This document shows, piece after piece, positions 1 through 9,270 of a stretch of 64,000 nucleotides of DNA. Position numbers and translations under genes: made by a program. The DNA comes from an uncultured Bacillota bacterium (GTDB taxonomy: Bacteria > Bacillota > Clostridia > Oscillospirales > Oscillospiraceae). Below the pieces are notes generated by a model. It made no database searches. It saw only the letters and a list, made by a program, of their open reading frames with translations, and had not been told where the DNA came from. The DNA lies in contig CANSSJ010000003.1 in the NCBI GenBank assembly GCA_947649625.1, positions 2,055 to 66,054 on the forward strand. The letters are read 5' to 3'. Positions within the stretch are counted from its first letter, which is position 1. Each line of letters starts with the position of its first letter.

Positions 1-5
1 ACCGC

Positions 6-44
6 AAAAGCGCCACAGCGGCTGTGAATATCCGCTGTGGCGCT
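6..44 (-). terminator. Intrinsic terminator for the minus-strand small-ORF transcript
   Basis: Perfect 13-bp inverted repeat AGCGCCACAGCGG (9-21) / CCGCTGTGGCGCT (32-44), followed by a T-run on the minus strand. Confidence 0.75.
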
Positions 45-85
45 GAATCATTCCTTTATCTGACTTCCCCGGACACAGTGGCCCG

Positions 86-211
86 TCACCGGTCGCTGCT
101 GTCATCGTCGCTGGCGTGACAGGCCTCGTAGTTGAAAATCAGGTCATCAATATCCCGGTCCTCCCGGACCTTGGACCAGATGCTGTTCGTTTCCCGTTTG
201 GGCATCGTCAT
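86..211 (-). CDS. Small acidic hypothetical protein, 41 aa (MTMPKRETNSIWSKVREDRDIDDLIFNYEACHASDDDSSDR)
   Basis: Strong RBS AGAAAGGAG 9 nt before the ATG at 211; terminator downstream; 3' part of track ORF 86..364. Confidence 0.6.
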   Translation of the reverse strand: MTMPKRETNSIWSKVREDRDIDDLIFNYEACHASDDDSSDR

Positions 212-305
212 AGGTGCCATCTCCTTTCTGTCATTGCTGAAAAATGGGTATAAAAATACCACCGCCTGCGCCGCAAACGATGGAGAAAAAACGTGATCAG
301 GCCGG

Positions 306-377
306 TCAGCCGCACACAATACGCTCCACTCGCCTGCAGGCAAAGAGTCCCCCCTGAGTAACATAACGCTGTTGCAT
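306..377 (-). CDS. Candidate 23-aa peptide MQQRYVTQGGLFACRRVERIVCG
   Basis: RBS AAAGAGGTG 7 nt before the ATG; lies between a sigmaA-like promoter and the 41-aa ORF; below the ORF-track cutoff. Confidence 0.4.
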   Translation of the reverse strand: MQQRYVTQGGLFACRRVERIVCG

Positions 378-452
378 CTTCACCCACCTCTTTCTCTACA
401 GAATCTCCGCCAGCTGGGGGACGCCAAAAAGTTTCCCCTTCCGGCCTTTATT

Positions 453-481
453 ATCGTAAACCAATCAGGGCTGTTTGTCAA
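453..481 (-). promoter_or_regulatory. sigmaA-like promoter TTGACA-N17-TACGAT
   Basis: Consensus -35, 17-bp spacing, near-consensus -10. Confidence 0.6.
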
Positions 482-803
482 GGGGATTTTGCAATTTTTT
501 ATAAATTTACTTTCAGTTTTCCCAATTCTATGTAACTTTTTCCAGGGCGTGCGCTCCGAAGCAGGCCGTTCTATCCCCATCTGACATACAAATGTCTTTT
601 TTACTTTTCCCTCCGCCTTCTTTTATGTATTATCTGCACAATTTTATATACTCATTTTTGTCATTATTGAACAATTCTTTTCTTGACGCGGCCCGCCCTT
701 CCCTGCTACAATACGGGCATCCGCCAGGGAGGCGGAGCCGCGGCGTCCCATCTCAGGCACCGCCCGCGGCAGGTATCGCATCCCGCGCAAGGAGGTTTTT
801 GCT

Positions 804-1025
804 ATGACAAGAGAAATTGATATCAAGAGCGAGGCCCAGGTGGAGAAGATCAACCGCCTGGCCTGTGACGCCCCTTATGAGGTCTGGCTGTTCACCGACG
901 ATATCATGCTGGACGCCCGGTCCCTGCTGGGGCTGTTCGCCCTGGTGGGCCAGCGGGCCCGCGTGGTGGTGGAGGACGACGTCCCTCCCCGCTCCCTCGA
1001 CCGGCTGGTCGCCAAAATGTCCTGA
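804..1025 (+). CDS. HPr-family protein lacking the His15 motif
   Basis: 73 aa with DARSLLGL (Ser46-region motif of HPr) but no GLHARP; RBS AAGGAGG. Confidence 0.7.
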   Translation: MTREIDIKSEAQVEKINRLACDAPYEVWLFTDDIMLDARSLLGLFALVGQRARVVVEDDVPPRSLDRLVAKMS

Positions 1026-1060
1026 AAAACGGCCGTCCGATTTGATCGGACGGCCGTTTT
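1026..1060. terminator. Bidirectional intrinsic terminator
   Basis: AAAACGGCCGTCCGAT-ttg-ATCGGACGGCCGTTTT between convergent genes. Confidence 0.85.
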
Positions 1061-1061
1061 C

Positions 1062-2498
1062 TCATGTCCTCCGCCAGGTGGAGGGACTGAACAGGACCAG
1101 GATGGGGTAGATCTCCAGCCGGCCGATGATCATGCACAGGGACATGACCCCCTTGGACAGCCCGGAGAAGGCGGCGAAGTTGCCGCTGGGACCGATGGCC
1201 TCCAGGCCGGGCCCCACGTTGCTGACGCAGGTAAGGGCGGCACTGAAGGAGACCGCAAAGGAGAAGCCGTCCAGGGAAATAATCAGCGCGGCGGAAAAAA
1301 CGGTTATCACATAGGCGCCCAGAAAGACCAGCAGGGAGTGGAGGGTGGCCTCGCTCACCAGCTTGCCGTCCAGCTTGACCACCTCCACGCTACGGGGGTG
1401 GGTGATCCGGTGGATCTCCCGGCGGACAGCCCGGAGAAGCAGCAGGATCCGGGAGCACTTCATGCCGCCGCCGGTGGAGCCCGCGCTGGCCCCGCAGAAC
1501 ATGATCAGAATGATGATCAGCTGGGAGAACTGGGGCCACAGCACAAAGTCGGCGGTGCCGAAGCCGGTGGTGGAGATGATGGAGGCCACCTGAAAGACGG
1601 TGTAGCGCAGGCTCTCCCATATGCTGGAGTACACCCCCAGATTGGCCAGGGTGAGCACTGCCGTGGCCCCGAATACCACTGTCAGGAAGAAACGCAGCTC
1701 ATCGCTGGCCAGGGCCTCCTTCCACTTTCTGGTCAGCAGCAGGAAGTAAACGGCGAAGTTGATGGAGAACAGCAGCATGAACACCGTGATGATAATGTCC
1801 ACGGGCACGCTGTCATATGCTCCCACGCTGGCGTTCCGGTTGGAGAAACCGCCGGTGCCCGCGGTGGAGAAGGAGTGGATCAGCGCGTCATACAGGGGCA
1901 TCCCCGCGATCTTCAGACAGAGGACCTCCATCGCCGTGAGGGCGAAATACATGGTATACAGGATCTTGGAGGTCTGGGACTGCTTGGGCACCAGCTTGGA
2001 GAACACCGGCCCCGGCGTCTCCGCCTGGGTGAGGTAGTGGGAGCGGATGCCCAGCTTGGGCACGATGGCGGTGGCCAGCACCAGCACCCCCATGCCTCCC
2101 AGCCAGTGGGTGAAGGCCCGCCAGAACAGGATACCCTTGGGCAGGGCCTCGATGTCGGTGAGGATGGTGGAGCCGGTAGTGGTAAAGCCGGAGCAGGACT
2201 CAAAGATAGCGTCCATGGGGGTGGCGAAGTACCCGGAGAAGAGGAAGGGCAGCGCCCCCGCCAGACCGGTAAAGATCCAGATCAGGCCCACCGCCACAAA
2301 GCCCTCCCGGGCAAAAAACTGCTGCCGGGCCGGCAGGGCGGACAGAGCCAGGCCGCAGACTCCCATGATAGCGATGGTAAGCAGAAAGGGAACGGGGCTT
2401 TCCCGGTAAATCAGGGCGGCCGTCAGAGGGACGGCCAGGGCGGCGGCCTCAATGAGCAGCACCCGCCCCACCAGCTTCAGGACCAGCTTGATGTTCAT
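1062..2498 (-). CDS. trkH: Trk potassium uptake membrane protein
   Basis: Pore-loop motifs [27 protein letters not shown]; start MNIKLVLK overlaps the trkA stop. Confidence 0.95.
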   Translation of the reverse strand: MNIKLVLKLVGRVLLIEAAALAVPLTAALIYRESPVPFLLTIAIMGVCGLALSALPARQQFFAREGFVAVGLIWIFTGLAGALPFLFSGYFATPMDAIFESCSGFTTTGSTILTDIEALPKGILFWRAFTHWLGGMGVLVLATAIVPKLGIRSHYLTQAETPGPVFSKLVPKQSQTSKILYTMYFALTAMEVLCLKIAGMPLYDALIHSFSTAGTGGFSNRNASVGAYDSVPVDIIITVFMLLFSINFAVYFLLLTRKWKEALASDELRFFLTVVFGATAVLTLANLGVYSSIWESLRYTVFQVASIISTTGFGTADFVLWPQFSQLIIILIMFCGASAGSTGGGMKCSRILLLLRAVRREIHRITHPRSVEVVKLDGKLVSEATLHSLLVFLGAYVITVFSAALIISLDGFSFAVSFSAALTCVSNVGPGLEAIGPSGNFAAFSGLSKGVMSLCMIIGRLEIYPILVLFSPSTWRRT

Positions 2499-3886
2499 TT
2501 CCCACTCCCCCCCGGGGCGGCGGGCTCGGCGGTGTAGATGGCGTTCAGGTCCAGAATCCCGCTCTCCCGGGCGATAATGATGACCTGGTCCCCCTCCTGC
2601 AGGCAGGAGGAGCCCTCCGGGATGATGATATCCTTCCCCCGGACGATAACGGCCAGCAGTACGCCGGGACGCAGCTTCAAGTCCTTCAGGGGAATGCCCA
2701 GGTGCCTGGTGCCCGGCCCCACGGTGAACTCCATGGCCTCCGCCTCGCCGCCGGCGATGCGGTGGAGGGAGTTCATCACGTTGCCGTGAGTATTCTGCAT
2801 CCCGCGCACCACATGGAGGATATGGGAGGCGGTGACGAATTTGGGGGAGATGACGCTGTCCAAACCCAGAGAGCGGACAATGCCGGCGTAGTTCTGCCGG
2901 TTGCATTTGGTAATGACCTTGGACAGCCCCTGCTGCATGGCGTAGAGGGAGATAATGAGGTTGTCCTCATCCCGGTCGGTTAGAGCCACAAAAGCGTCGC
3001 TGGCGGCGAGATTCTCCGACTCCAGCAGCTCGGAGTCGGTGCCGTCGCCGCAGATAACGGTGACCCGGGGGAACCGTTCGCTGATCAGGCGGCAGCGCTC
3101 CTCGCTGCGCTCCACAATTTTCAGCTTCATCCCCATACGGTCCAAAATGTTGGCCAGATACATGGACACCTTGCCGCCCCCCAGCAGAAATACCTGCTTC
3201 ACCTTGGGGGCGTAACGGCCCAGCTGGCGGAAAAACTGGTCCAGGCTGTCCGGCCGGCCGATCATATACAGCTTGTCCCCCGCCTGGGGCACAAAGGAGC
3301 CGTTGGGAATGGAGACCTCCCCGTTCCGGTCCACGGCGCAGAACAGCAGCGACAGCTTTTTGATATGCCCAGGCAGATTGTACAGCGGCTTGCCCACCAG
3401 GAAGTCCCCCTCCTGGAGGCGGAAGCCCATCAGCTCCACGAGCCCGCGGCAGAAGGTCTCGATGTCGGCGGCGGCGGGGAAGCGGAGCAGCCGGGAGATC
3501 TCCACCGCGGTGGTGTTCTCCGGGTTGATAACCATGTCAATCTTCAGGTCCCGGCGCAGCTCGGCCACGCTGGCTGTGTACTCCTGGTTCCGGATGCGTG
3601 CGATGGTGTACTTGGTTCCCAGGCCTTTTGCGGTGAGAGAGCAGACCATGTTCACTTCGTCGGAATTGGTGGCGGCCACCAGCAGGTCGGCATCGGCGGC
3701 CCCCGCCTCCCGCAGGGTGGCGGCGGATACGCCGTTGCCCCGGACCGTCATGATGTCCAGCTGGTCCCCCGCCCGGCGCAGGGCTTCCTCCTCATTGTCC
3801 ACGATGGTGACGTCGTGCTCCTCCTTCACCAGCTGCTCGGCCAGGGTAAAGCCCACTTTGCCGCTTCCTACGATGACAATATTCAT
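2495..3886 (-). CDS. trkA: Trk potassium uptake NAD-binding regulatory subunit
   Basis: Two RCK units with GSGKVG and GGGKVS Rossmann motifs. Confidence 0.95.
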   Translation of the reverse strand: MNIVIVGSGKVGFTLAEQLVKEEHDVTIVDNEEEALRRAGDQLDIMTVRGNGVSAATLREAGAADADLLVAATNSDEVNMVCSLTAKGLGTKYTIARIRNQEYTASVAELRRDLKIDMVINPENTTAVEISRLLRFPAAADIETFCRGLVELMGFRLQEGDFLVGKPLYNLPGHIKKLSLLFCAVDRNGEVSIPNGSFVPQAGDKLYMIGRPDSLDQFFRQLGRYAPKVKQVFLLGGGKVSMYLANILDRMGMKLKIVERSEERCRLISERFPRVTVICGDGTDSELLESENLAASDAFVALTDRDEDNLIISLYAMQQGLSKVITKCNRQNYAGIVRSLGLDSVISPKFVTASHILHVVRGMQNTHGNVMNSLHRIAGGEAEAMEFTVGPGTRHLGIPLKDLKLRPGVLLAVIVRGKDIIIPEGSSCLQEGDQVIIIARESGILDLNAIYTAEPAAPGGSGK

Positions 3887-3937
3887 AGCTAAAAAGGTCC
3901 TTTCCAATTGAAACAGGCGGCTATGCCGCCTGTTTTA

Positions 3938-4684
3938 TTATATCGTCCATTCCCCGTGGACAATGCCCACCAGATACCAGTGCTCCGCCTCCGGCTGGAA
4001 CACCAGCTTGAGGGAGGACCAGTCCAGGCCATCGTTGACCGGGTCAGCGCTGGGAAAGCTGAAATCCACAAAGCGGCAGCCGGCGTACTCCTCGGTCAGG
4101 TTCTCCAGGGCATTGCCCCCGGTCATGATCCGGTCCACGCCGATCTGCGGGACCTGGGTGTAGTCCCGGTCGTAGACATACCGCTCAAAATACTGGAGGG
4201 CCGTCATCTGGATGGGATCGCCTCGGCCATCCTCAAAGCCCCAGGTGTAGACCGTCTGGTCCTGGGCCAGATTCCTAATCTGGTCGGCGGTAAAATTCAG
4301 GTCGCTGGCCGGGTCCACGGTGGAGTACGGGGTAAAGGTGACCCCCCGCTCCGGGTGGACATAGGCGGCCAGTGTGGTCCAGTCCTGACGCTGGATCGCC
4401 CGGTTGACCAGGCAGGCAGAGCCCAGCAGAGGGAAGTTCTCCGCCGGGTCCAGGGGCGCCGCGGAGGCGGCGGAAGAGGACGCGCCGCCGCTCCCGGACT
4501 GGGAGGCGCCGGGGGGCGGTGTAAAGCCGTTGGCATTGCCCGGAGCGGCGGCGGGCTTGTCGTCCTCCTGAAAATCCACAGGCAGAAGGACCCCCACCAG
4601 CAGCCCGATCACCAGGCACAGGATACAGGGAAAATAAAGGAATCGTTTCAAGCTCAAAGCCTCCTTCAGGACACAGACAGGCAT
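3938..4684 (-). CDS. Membrane-anchored/secreted hypothetical protein (start uncertain)
   Basis: N-terminal hydrophobic helix, Ala/Ser/Pro linker, globular C-domain ending DWSSLKLVF...WYLVGIVHGEWTI. Confidence 0.7.
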   Translation of the reverse strand: MPVCVLKEALSLKRFLYFPCILCLVIGLLVGVLLPVDFQEDDKPAAAPGNANGFTPPPGASQSGSGGASSSAASAAPLDPAENFPLLGSACLVNRAIQRQDWTTLAAYVHPERGVTFTPYSTVDPASDLNFTADQIRNLAQDQTVYTWGFEDGRGDPIQMTALQYFERYVYDRDYTQVPQIGVDRIMTGGNALENLTEEYAGCRFVDFSFPSADPVNDGLDWSSLKLVFQPEAEHWYLVGIVHGEWTI

Positions 4685-4817
4685 GAGACAACTCTGGTAT
4701 TGGTGATATTATAGGCCAAAACCGGGAAAAGGTCAAGTCATAAACAAAAGGAGCCTTGAAAAAAGGGGCCCTTTATGGTAAAATAGCACATAAATTTCAG
4801 GAATGGAGGTCTTCCTC

Positions 4818-5597
4818 ATGGATGAACAGACGCGGGAGCGGCAATTTCATATCCAGTGCGCCCAGGGAGAGACAGGGAAATACTGTATCCTGCCCGGCGA
4901 TCCGGGGCGGTGCCAGGCCATCGCCCGGTATTTTGATGACCCGGTCCATGTCCGGACCAACCGGGAGTACGTCACCTATACCGGAAAGCTGCTGGGGGAA
5001 CCGGTGAGCGTGGTATCCACCGGCATCGGGGGGCCCTCCGCCGCCATCGCCATGGAGGAGCTGGCCAATCTGGGCGCCCATACCTTTATCCGGGTGGGCA
5101 CCTGCGGGGGGATCGACCTGTCCGTCCGCAGCGGCGACGTGGTGGCCGCCACCGGGGCCGTCCGCATGGAAGGGACAAGCCGGGAGTATGCCCCCATCGA
5201 GTGGCCCGCCGTCCCCGACTTCACTGTCACCGCCGCCCTGGTGGAGGCGTGCGGCCGCTTGGGCTGCTCCTGGCACGCCGGGGTGGTCCAGAGCAAGGAC
5301 TCCTTCTACGGCCAGCACTCCCCGGCCCGGATGCCGGTATCCTATGAGCTGGAACAGAAATGGGAGGCCTGGAAGCGGCTGGGGGTGCTGGCCTCCGAGA
5401 TGGAGACCGCCGCCCTCTTCACCGTGGCCGCCAGCCGGCGGGTGCGGTGCGGCGCCGTCTTCCATGTCATCTGGAATCAGGAGCGGGAAAAGGCCGGCCT
5501 GGATCAGGAGGAGTCCCTCAACACCGAGGCCGCCGTCGCCGTCGGCGTGGAGGCGCTGAAGCTGCTGATTGCCCGAGATCGGGCTGAAAAGAGTTGA
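4818..5597 (+). CDS. udp: Uridine phosphorylase
   Basis: [36 protein letters not shown] motifs; promoter TTGAAA-N17-TAAAAT at 4756-4784. Confidence 0.93.
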   Translation: MDEQTRERQFHIQCAQGETGKYCILPGDPGRCQAIARYFDDPVHVRTNREYVTYTGKLLGEPVSVVSTGIGGPSAAIAMEELANLGAHTFIRVGTCGGIDLSVRSGDVVAATGAVRMEGTSREYAPIEWPAVPDFTVTAALVEACGRLGCSWHAGVVQSKDSFYGQHSPARMPVSYELEQKWEAWKRLGVLASEMETAALFTVAASRRVRCGAVFHVIWNQEREKAGLDQEESLNTEAAVAVGVEALKLLIARDRAEKS

Positions 5598-5720
5598 CTT
5601 TTTTCAAAAGCTCTGCTATGCTGAGATAAAATCAACAAATTGAATAATAAAGAGGCGTTCATAAGTTACCCCTGTGGTATGGCGTTTGCCATATGGTAGC
5701 TTTTGGGTGCCTTTTATTTT
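5594..5720 (+). promoter_or_regulatory. MATE promoter (TTGACT-N17-TATGCT) and structured 5' leader ending in a U-tract (possible attenuator)
   Basis: Nested stems 5653-5660/5705-5712, 5664-5670/5695-5701, 5678-5683/5688-5693, then TTTTATTTT. Confidence 0.5.
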
Positions 5721-5748
5721 AATCTTCGGATGAACGGGAGGAGACGAT

Positions 5749-7053
5749 ATGAACAACGATATGACCCAGGGAAATATTGCCAGAGCGCTGACCGCCTTCA
5801 CCGTGCCTCTGATCCTCAGCGGCGTGTTCCAGCAGCTGTTCAACTGGGTGGACGCCTTCATCGTGGGCAATGTGGAGGGAGAACTGGCCCTGGCCGGGAT
5901 CGGCGCGGTCACCTCCACCTACGCCACCTTCGTCATGGTCATCGTGGGCTTTACCTCCGGGCTGTCCGTTCTGGCCGCCCAGCGGTTCGGCATGGGGCGG
6001 ACGGAGGAGCTCAAATACATCCTGTCCTCCTTCAGCCTGGCGCTGGGTGGAATATTTCTGATCGTCTGCGGGCTGGGCGCGGTGTTTGTGGAGCAGATCC
6101 TGGTCCTGCTGGACACCCCGGAGAACATCTTTCAAAGTGCAGAGACCTACCTGCGCCTCATGTTCACCGGCATCCCCTTCCTGGCGGTCTACAACACCTA
6201 TTGCGCCGTCCTGCGGGGGCTGGGGAACAGCCGGGCCCCCTTCCTGTCCGTGCTGGTGTGCTCGGTCATCAATGTGATCCTGGACCTGGCCTTTGTGGCC
6301 GGGCTGCGGTGGGGCACAGCGGGAGCCGCCATCGCCACGGTGCTGTCCCAGATCGCCATGACCGTCTATCTGATCTGCTACGCGGCGCACCGGTACCCAG
6401 CTCTGCGGTTTGGCTCTCTCCGGACGCTGTTCCATTGGGAGACAGCCGGGAACGGCACCCGTTTCGGCCTGCCGCCGGCCGTCCAGTCCGGGACCACCTC
6501 CTTTGGGAACATCGTCCTCCAGCGGTTCATGAACGGCTTCGGAGGCCAGACGGTGGCCGCCATCACCACCGCCTACCGGGTGGACACCGTACTGGTGCTG
6601 CCCATCATCAACTTCGGCTCCGGCGTGGCCACCATGGTGGCCCAGAATATCGGAGCGGGCCGGCCGGACCGGGCCAGGCAGGCGCTGAAGACCGGGGCGG
6701 CCATGATTGCCGGGGTCTCGGTTTTCCTGACCCTCCTGATCATTCTCGTTGGGAAATATCTGATCGCCATGTTTGGCCTGACTCCGGAGTCGGTAGAGAT
6801 CGGCAGGCAGTTCTTCATCCGTCTGGGCAGCTTCTATGTGGTCTACGGTCTGGCCATGGCGGTGCGGGGCTATCTGGAGGGGTTGGGGGACATGACCTTC
6901 TCCGGCATGGCGGGCATCGCCGCCTCCTACGCCTTCGCCGGGGTCTTCGGCCGGATGGTGATTGCCTACGCCGAGGGCTTCTCCTGGCTGGTTCTGCTGG
7001 GGCTGTATCTGCTGCGCTGTGTCTGGAAAAACCGAGCCCGGGCAGAGCGGTAA
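5749..7053 (+). CDS. MATE family efflux transporter
   Basis: MTQGNI...F.VPLILSGVFQQLFNWVDAFIVG start, RGLGNSRAP motif, two hydrophobic halves. Confidence 0.92.
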   Translation: MNNDMTQGNIARALTAFTVPLILSGVFQQLFNWVDAFIVGNVEGELALAGIGAVTSTYATFVMVIVGFTSGLSVLAAQRFGMGRTEELKYILSSFSLALGGIFLIVCGLGAVFVEQILVLLDTPENIFQSAETYLRLMFTGIPFLAVYNTYCAVLRGLGNSRAPFLSVLVCSVINVILDLAFVAGLRWGTAGAAIATVLSQIAMTVYLICYAAHRYPALRFGSLRTLFHWETAGNGTRFGLPPAVQSGTTSFGNIVLQRFMNGFGGQTVAAITTAYRVDTVLVLPIINFGSGVATMVAQNIGAGRPDRARQALKTGAAMIAGVSVFLTLLIILVGKYLIAMFGLTPESVEIGRQFFIRLGSFYVVYGLAMAVRGYLEGLGDMTFSGMAGIAASYAFAGVFGRMVIAYAEGFSWLVLLGLYLLRCVWKNRARAER

Positions 7054-7058
7054 ACCGG

Positions 7059-7083
7059 GTGGGGCGGCGTGAGTGCCGCCCCG
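7059..7083 (+). repeat. Solitary GTGG-tagged REP-like palindrome
   Basis: GTGGGGCGGC-GTGAGT-GCCGCCCCG just after the MATE stop; same layout as the GTAG REPs. Confidence 0.5.
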
Positions 7084-7127
7084 CCGCCCGCACCTGGGAA
7101 ATCCATCAGATTTTTACGCGAAAATCA

Positions 7128-7156
7128 TTGACATTTGGGATATAACCCGCTATCAT
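7128..7156 (+). promoter_or_regulatory. sigmaA promoter of the pot operon (TTGACA-N17-TATCAT)
   Basis: Consensus -35/-10 spacing; leaves a ~110-nt leader. Confidence 0.7.
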
Positions 7157-7274
7157 GTATCTCGCTATCCGTGAAAGCCGGTCACCGTACCGCCGTCCCC
7201 CCTGGACGGTCTGGCCGCCCGGTGAATAAATCGAGGGAGCTGACAAAGTAAAAAACAGAAATGGGGGAGGATAC

Positions 7275-8444
7275 ATGTCCAAGGAGTTGATCCGCCTGAC
7301 CGACTGCGTTATGGCGTTCGACGACGAGGTTGTACTCGACAAAATCAATTTAAGCATCAGGGATAAGGAATTCCTCACGCTGCTCGGACCCAGCGGGTGC
7401 GGCAAGACCACCACGCTCAGAATCATCGGTGGTTTTCAGACGCCCACCTCTGGAGATGTTTTGTTCGACGGGGTGAGGATTAATGCTGTCCCGCCGCATA
7501 AGAGGACCATCAACACGGTGTTCCAGAAGTACGCCCTGTTCCCGCACCTGAACGTGTATGAGAACATCGCTTTCGGCCTGCGCATCCCCAAGGCGGACGC
7601 CAAGGGGAACAAGGTGAAACTGCCCGAGGAGGAGATCGACCGGCGGGTGATGGAGATGCTGGAGATCGTCAATCTGAAGGGCTTCGAGAAGCGGCGAACC
7701 ACCCAGCTGTCCGGCGGACAGCAGCAGCGGGTGGCCATCGCCCGGGCGCTGGTGAACCGGCCCAAGGTGCTCCTGCTGGACGAGCCCCTGGGGGCGCTGG
7801 ACCTGAAGCTGCGCAAGGACATGCAGAACGAGCTCAAGCGCATCCAGAAGGCCATGGAGATCACCTTCGTCTACGTCACCCACGACCAGGAGGAGGCCCT
7901 GGCCATGTCCGACACGGTGGTGGTCATGGACGCCGGCCGCATCCAGCAGATCGGCTCCCCTGAGGACATCTACAACGAACCCAAAAACGCCTTTGTGGCC
8001 GACTTCATCGGCGAGTCCAACATCATCGACGGCGTCATGCGCGCCGACGGGGTGGTAGAGATCTTCAACCGGCGCTTCCAGTGCCTGGACGGCGGCTTTG
8101 ACAAGGACGAGCCGGTGGACGTGGTCATCCGGCCCGAGGACGTGGACATCGTCTCTGAGGACCAGGGCCAGCTCAGGGGCACCGTCACCTCGGTCACCTT
8201 CAAGGGGATGCAGTACGATATTATCGTGGACTTCTACGGCTTCAAGTGGCTCATCCAGACCACCGACCTGTCCCCCGTGGGCAGCCGCATCGGCATCAAG
8301 ATCGACCCGGACGGCATCCACGTGATGAAAAAGAGCGAGTACTCCGGGCTGTTCGGCGACTACTCCTCCTACTCCGAGGAGTACGAGGAGATCAGCGACG
8401 CCAGCTATGACCCGGAGGGGGAGGACAGCGGGGATGAAGAATAA
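7275..8444 (+). CDS. potA: Spermidine/putrescine ABC transporter ATPase
   Basis: [29 protein letters not shown] domain. Confidence 0.93.
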   Translation: MSKELIRLTDCVMAFDDEVVLDKINLSIRDKEFLTLLGPSGCGKTTTLRIIGGFQTPTSGDVLFDGVRINAVPPHKRTINTVFQKYALFPHLNVYENIAFGLRIPKADAKGNKVKLPEEEIDRRVMEMLEIVNLKGFEKRRTTQLSGGQQQRVAIARALVNRPKVLLLDEPLGALDLKLRKDMQNELKRIQKAMEITFVYVTHDQEEALAMSDTVVVMDAGRIQQIGSPEDIYNEPKNAFVADFIGESNIIDGVMRADGVVEIFNRRFQCLDGGFDKDEPVDVVIRPEDVDIVSEDQGQLRGTVTSVTFKGMQYDIIVDFYGFKWLIQTTDLSPVGSRIGIKIDPDGIHVMKKSEYSGLFGDYSSYSEEYEEISDASYDPEGEDSGDEE

Positions 8445-9270
8445 GCTGTCCTGGTTCGCCGTCCCCTATGTGGTGTGGATGGCGCTGATGGTGGTCATCC
8501 CCATCCTCATTATGGTGGTCTACTCCTTCACCACGGCGGAGTTTCAGGGGACCCTGGAGAACTTCTCCGAGATGGGCTCCTACGCCGGCGTATTCCTCCG
8601 CTCCTTCCGGCTGGCCATTGTGGCCACCCTGATCTGTCTGCTTATCGGCTACCCGGTGTCCTACTGGATGGCCCACGAGGGCCCCGGCTTCCAGCGGGTG
8701 GCCATGGCCCTGATTATGCTGCCCATGTGGATGAACTTCCTCCTGCGGACCTACTCCTGGATGTCCATTCTGGAGAATAACGGCCTGCTGAACCAGTTTT
8801 TCAGGGCCGTCGGCCTGCTGGACCTGCTGGGGGTGGAGTACATCCCCATGATCGGAACCTCCGGGGCGGTGGTGCTGGGCATGGTGTACAACTACCTGCC
8901 CTTTATGATCCTGCCCATCTACTCGGTGATCCTCAAGCTGGACCACAGCCTGCTGGAGGCCGCCCGGGACCTGGGAGCCGACAGCCAGCGGGTGTTCCGC
9001 AAGGTGATCCTGCCCCTGTCCCTGCCCGGGGTGCTGTCCGGAGTGACCATGGTCTTCGTCCCCTCGGTGTCCACCTTCGCCATCTCCCGCCTGCTGGGCG
9101 GGGGCACCCAGATGATGCTGGGCGACCTGATCGAGCAGCAGTTCCTGGGCGGGGCCTATGATCCTCACCTGGGGGCGGCCATCTCCATGGTGATGATGGT
9201 TATTGTCGTCGTCTGCATGGTGGTCATGAACCACTTCGGCGAGGGCGAGGAACAGGCGGTGATGCTATGA
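8434..9270 (+). CDS. potB: Spermidine/putrescine ABC permease
   Basis: [13 protein letters not shown] and EAARDLGA motifs. Confidence 0.92.
   Translation: MKNKLSWFAVPYVVWMALMVVIPILIMVVYSFTTAEFQGTLENFSEMGSYAGVFLRSFRLAIVATLICLLIGYPVSYWMAHEGPGFQRVAMALIMLPMWMNFLLRTYSWMSILENNGLLNQFFRAVGLLDLLGVEYIPMIGTSGAVVLGMVYNYLPFMILPIYSVILKLDHSLLEAARDLGADSQRVFRKVILPLSLPGVLSGVTMVFVPSVSTFAISRLLGGGTQMMLGDLIEQQFLGGAYDPHLGAAISMVMMVIVVVCMVVMNHFGEGEEQAVML

Noticed and set aside
513-540. Possible dif site (CTATGTAACT resembles a XerD arm)
   Set aside because: XerC arm and spacing do not match the Firmicute dif consensus
1062-2906. Extended N-termini in the ORF track (trkH, murE, ftsW, cadA, DUF512, msmX and others)
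   Set aside because: Downstream starts fit family N-termini and in most cases have a clear RBS; extensions overlap upstream genes or repeats
5640-5720. MATE leader as a known riboswitch (purine, fluoride, preQ1)
   Set aside because: Lacks the conserved core nucleotides of those classes; kept only as a generic attenuator candidate
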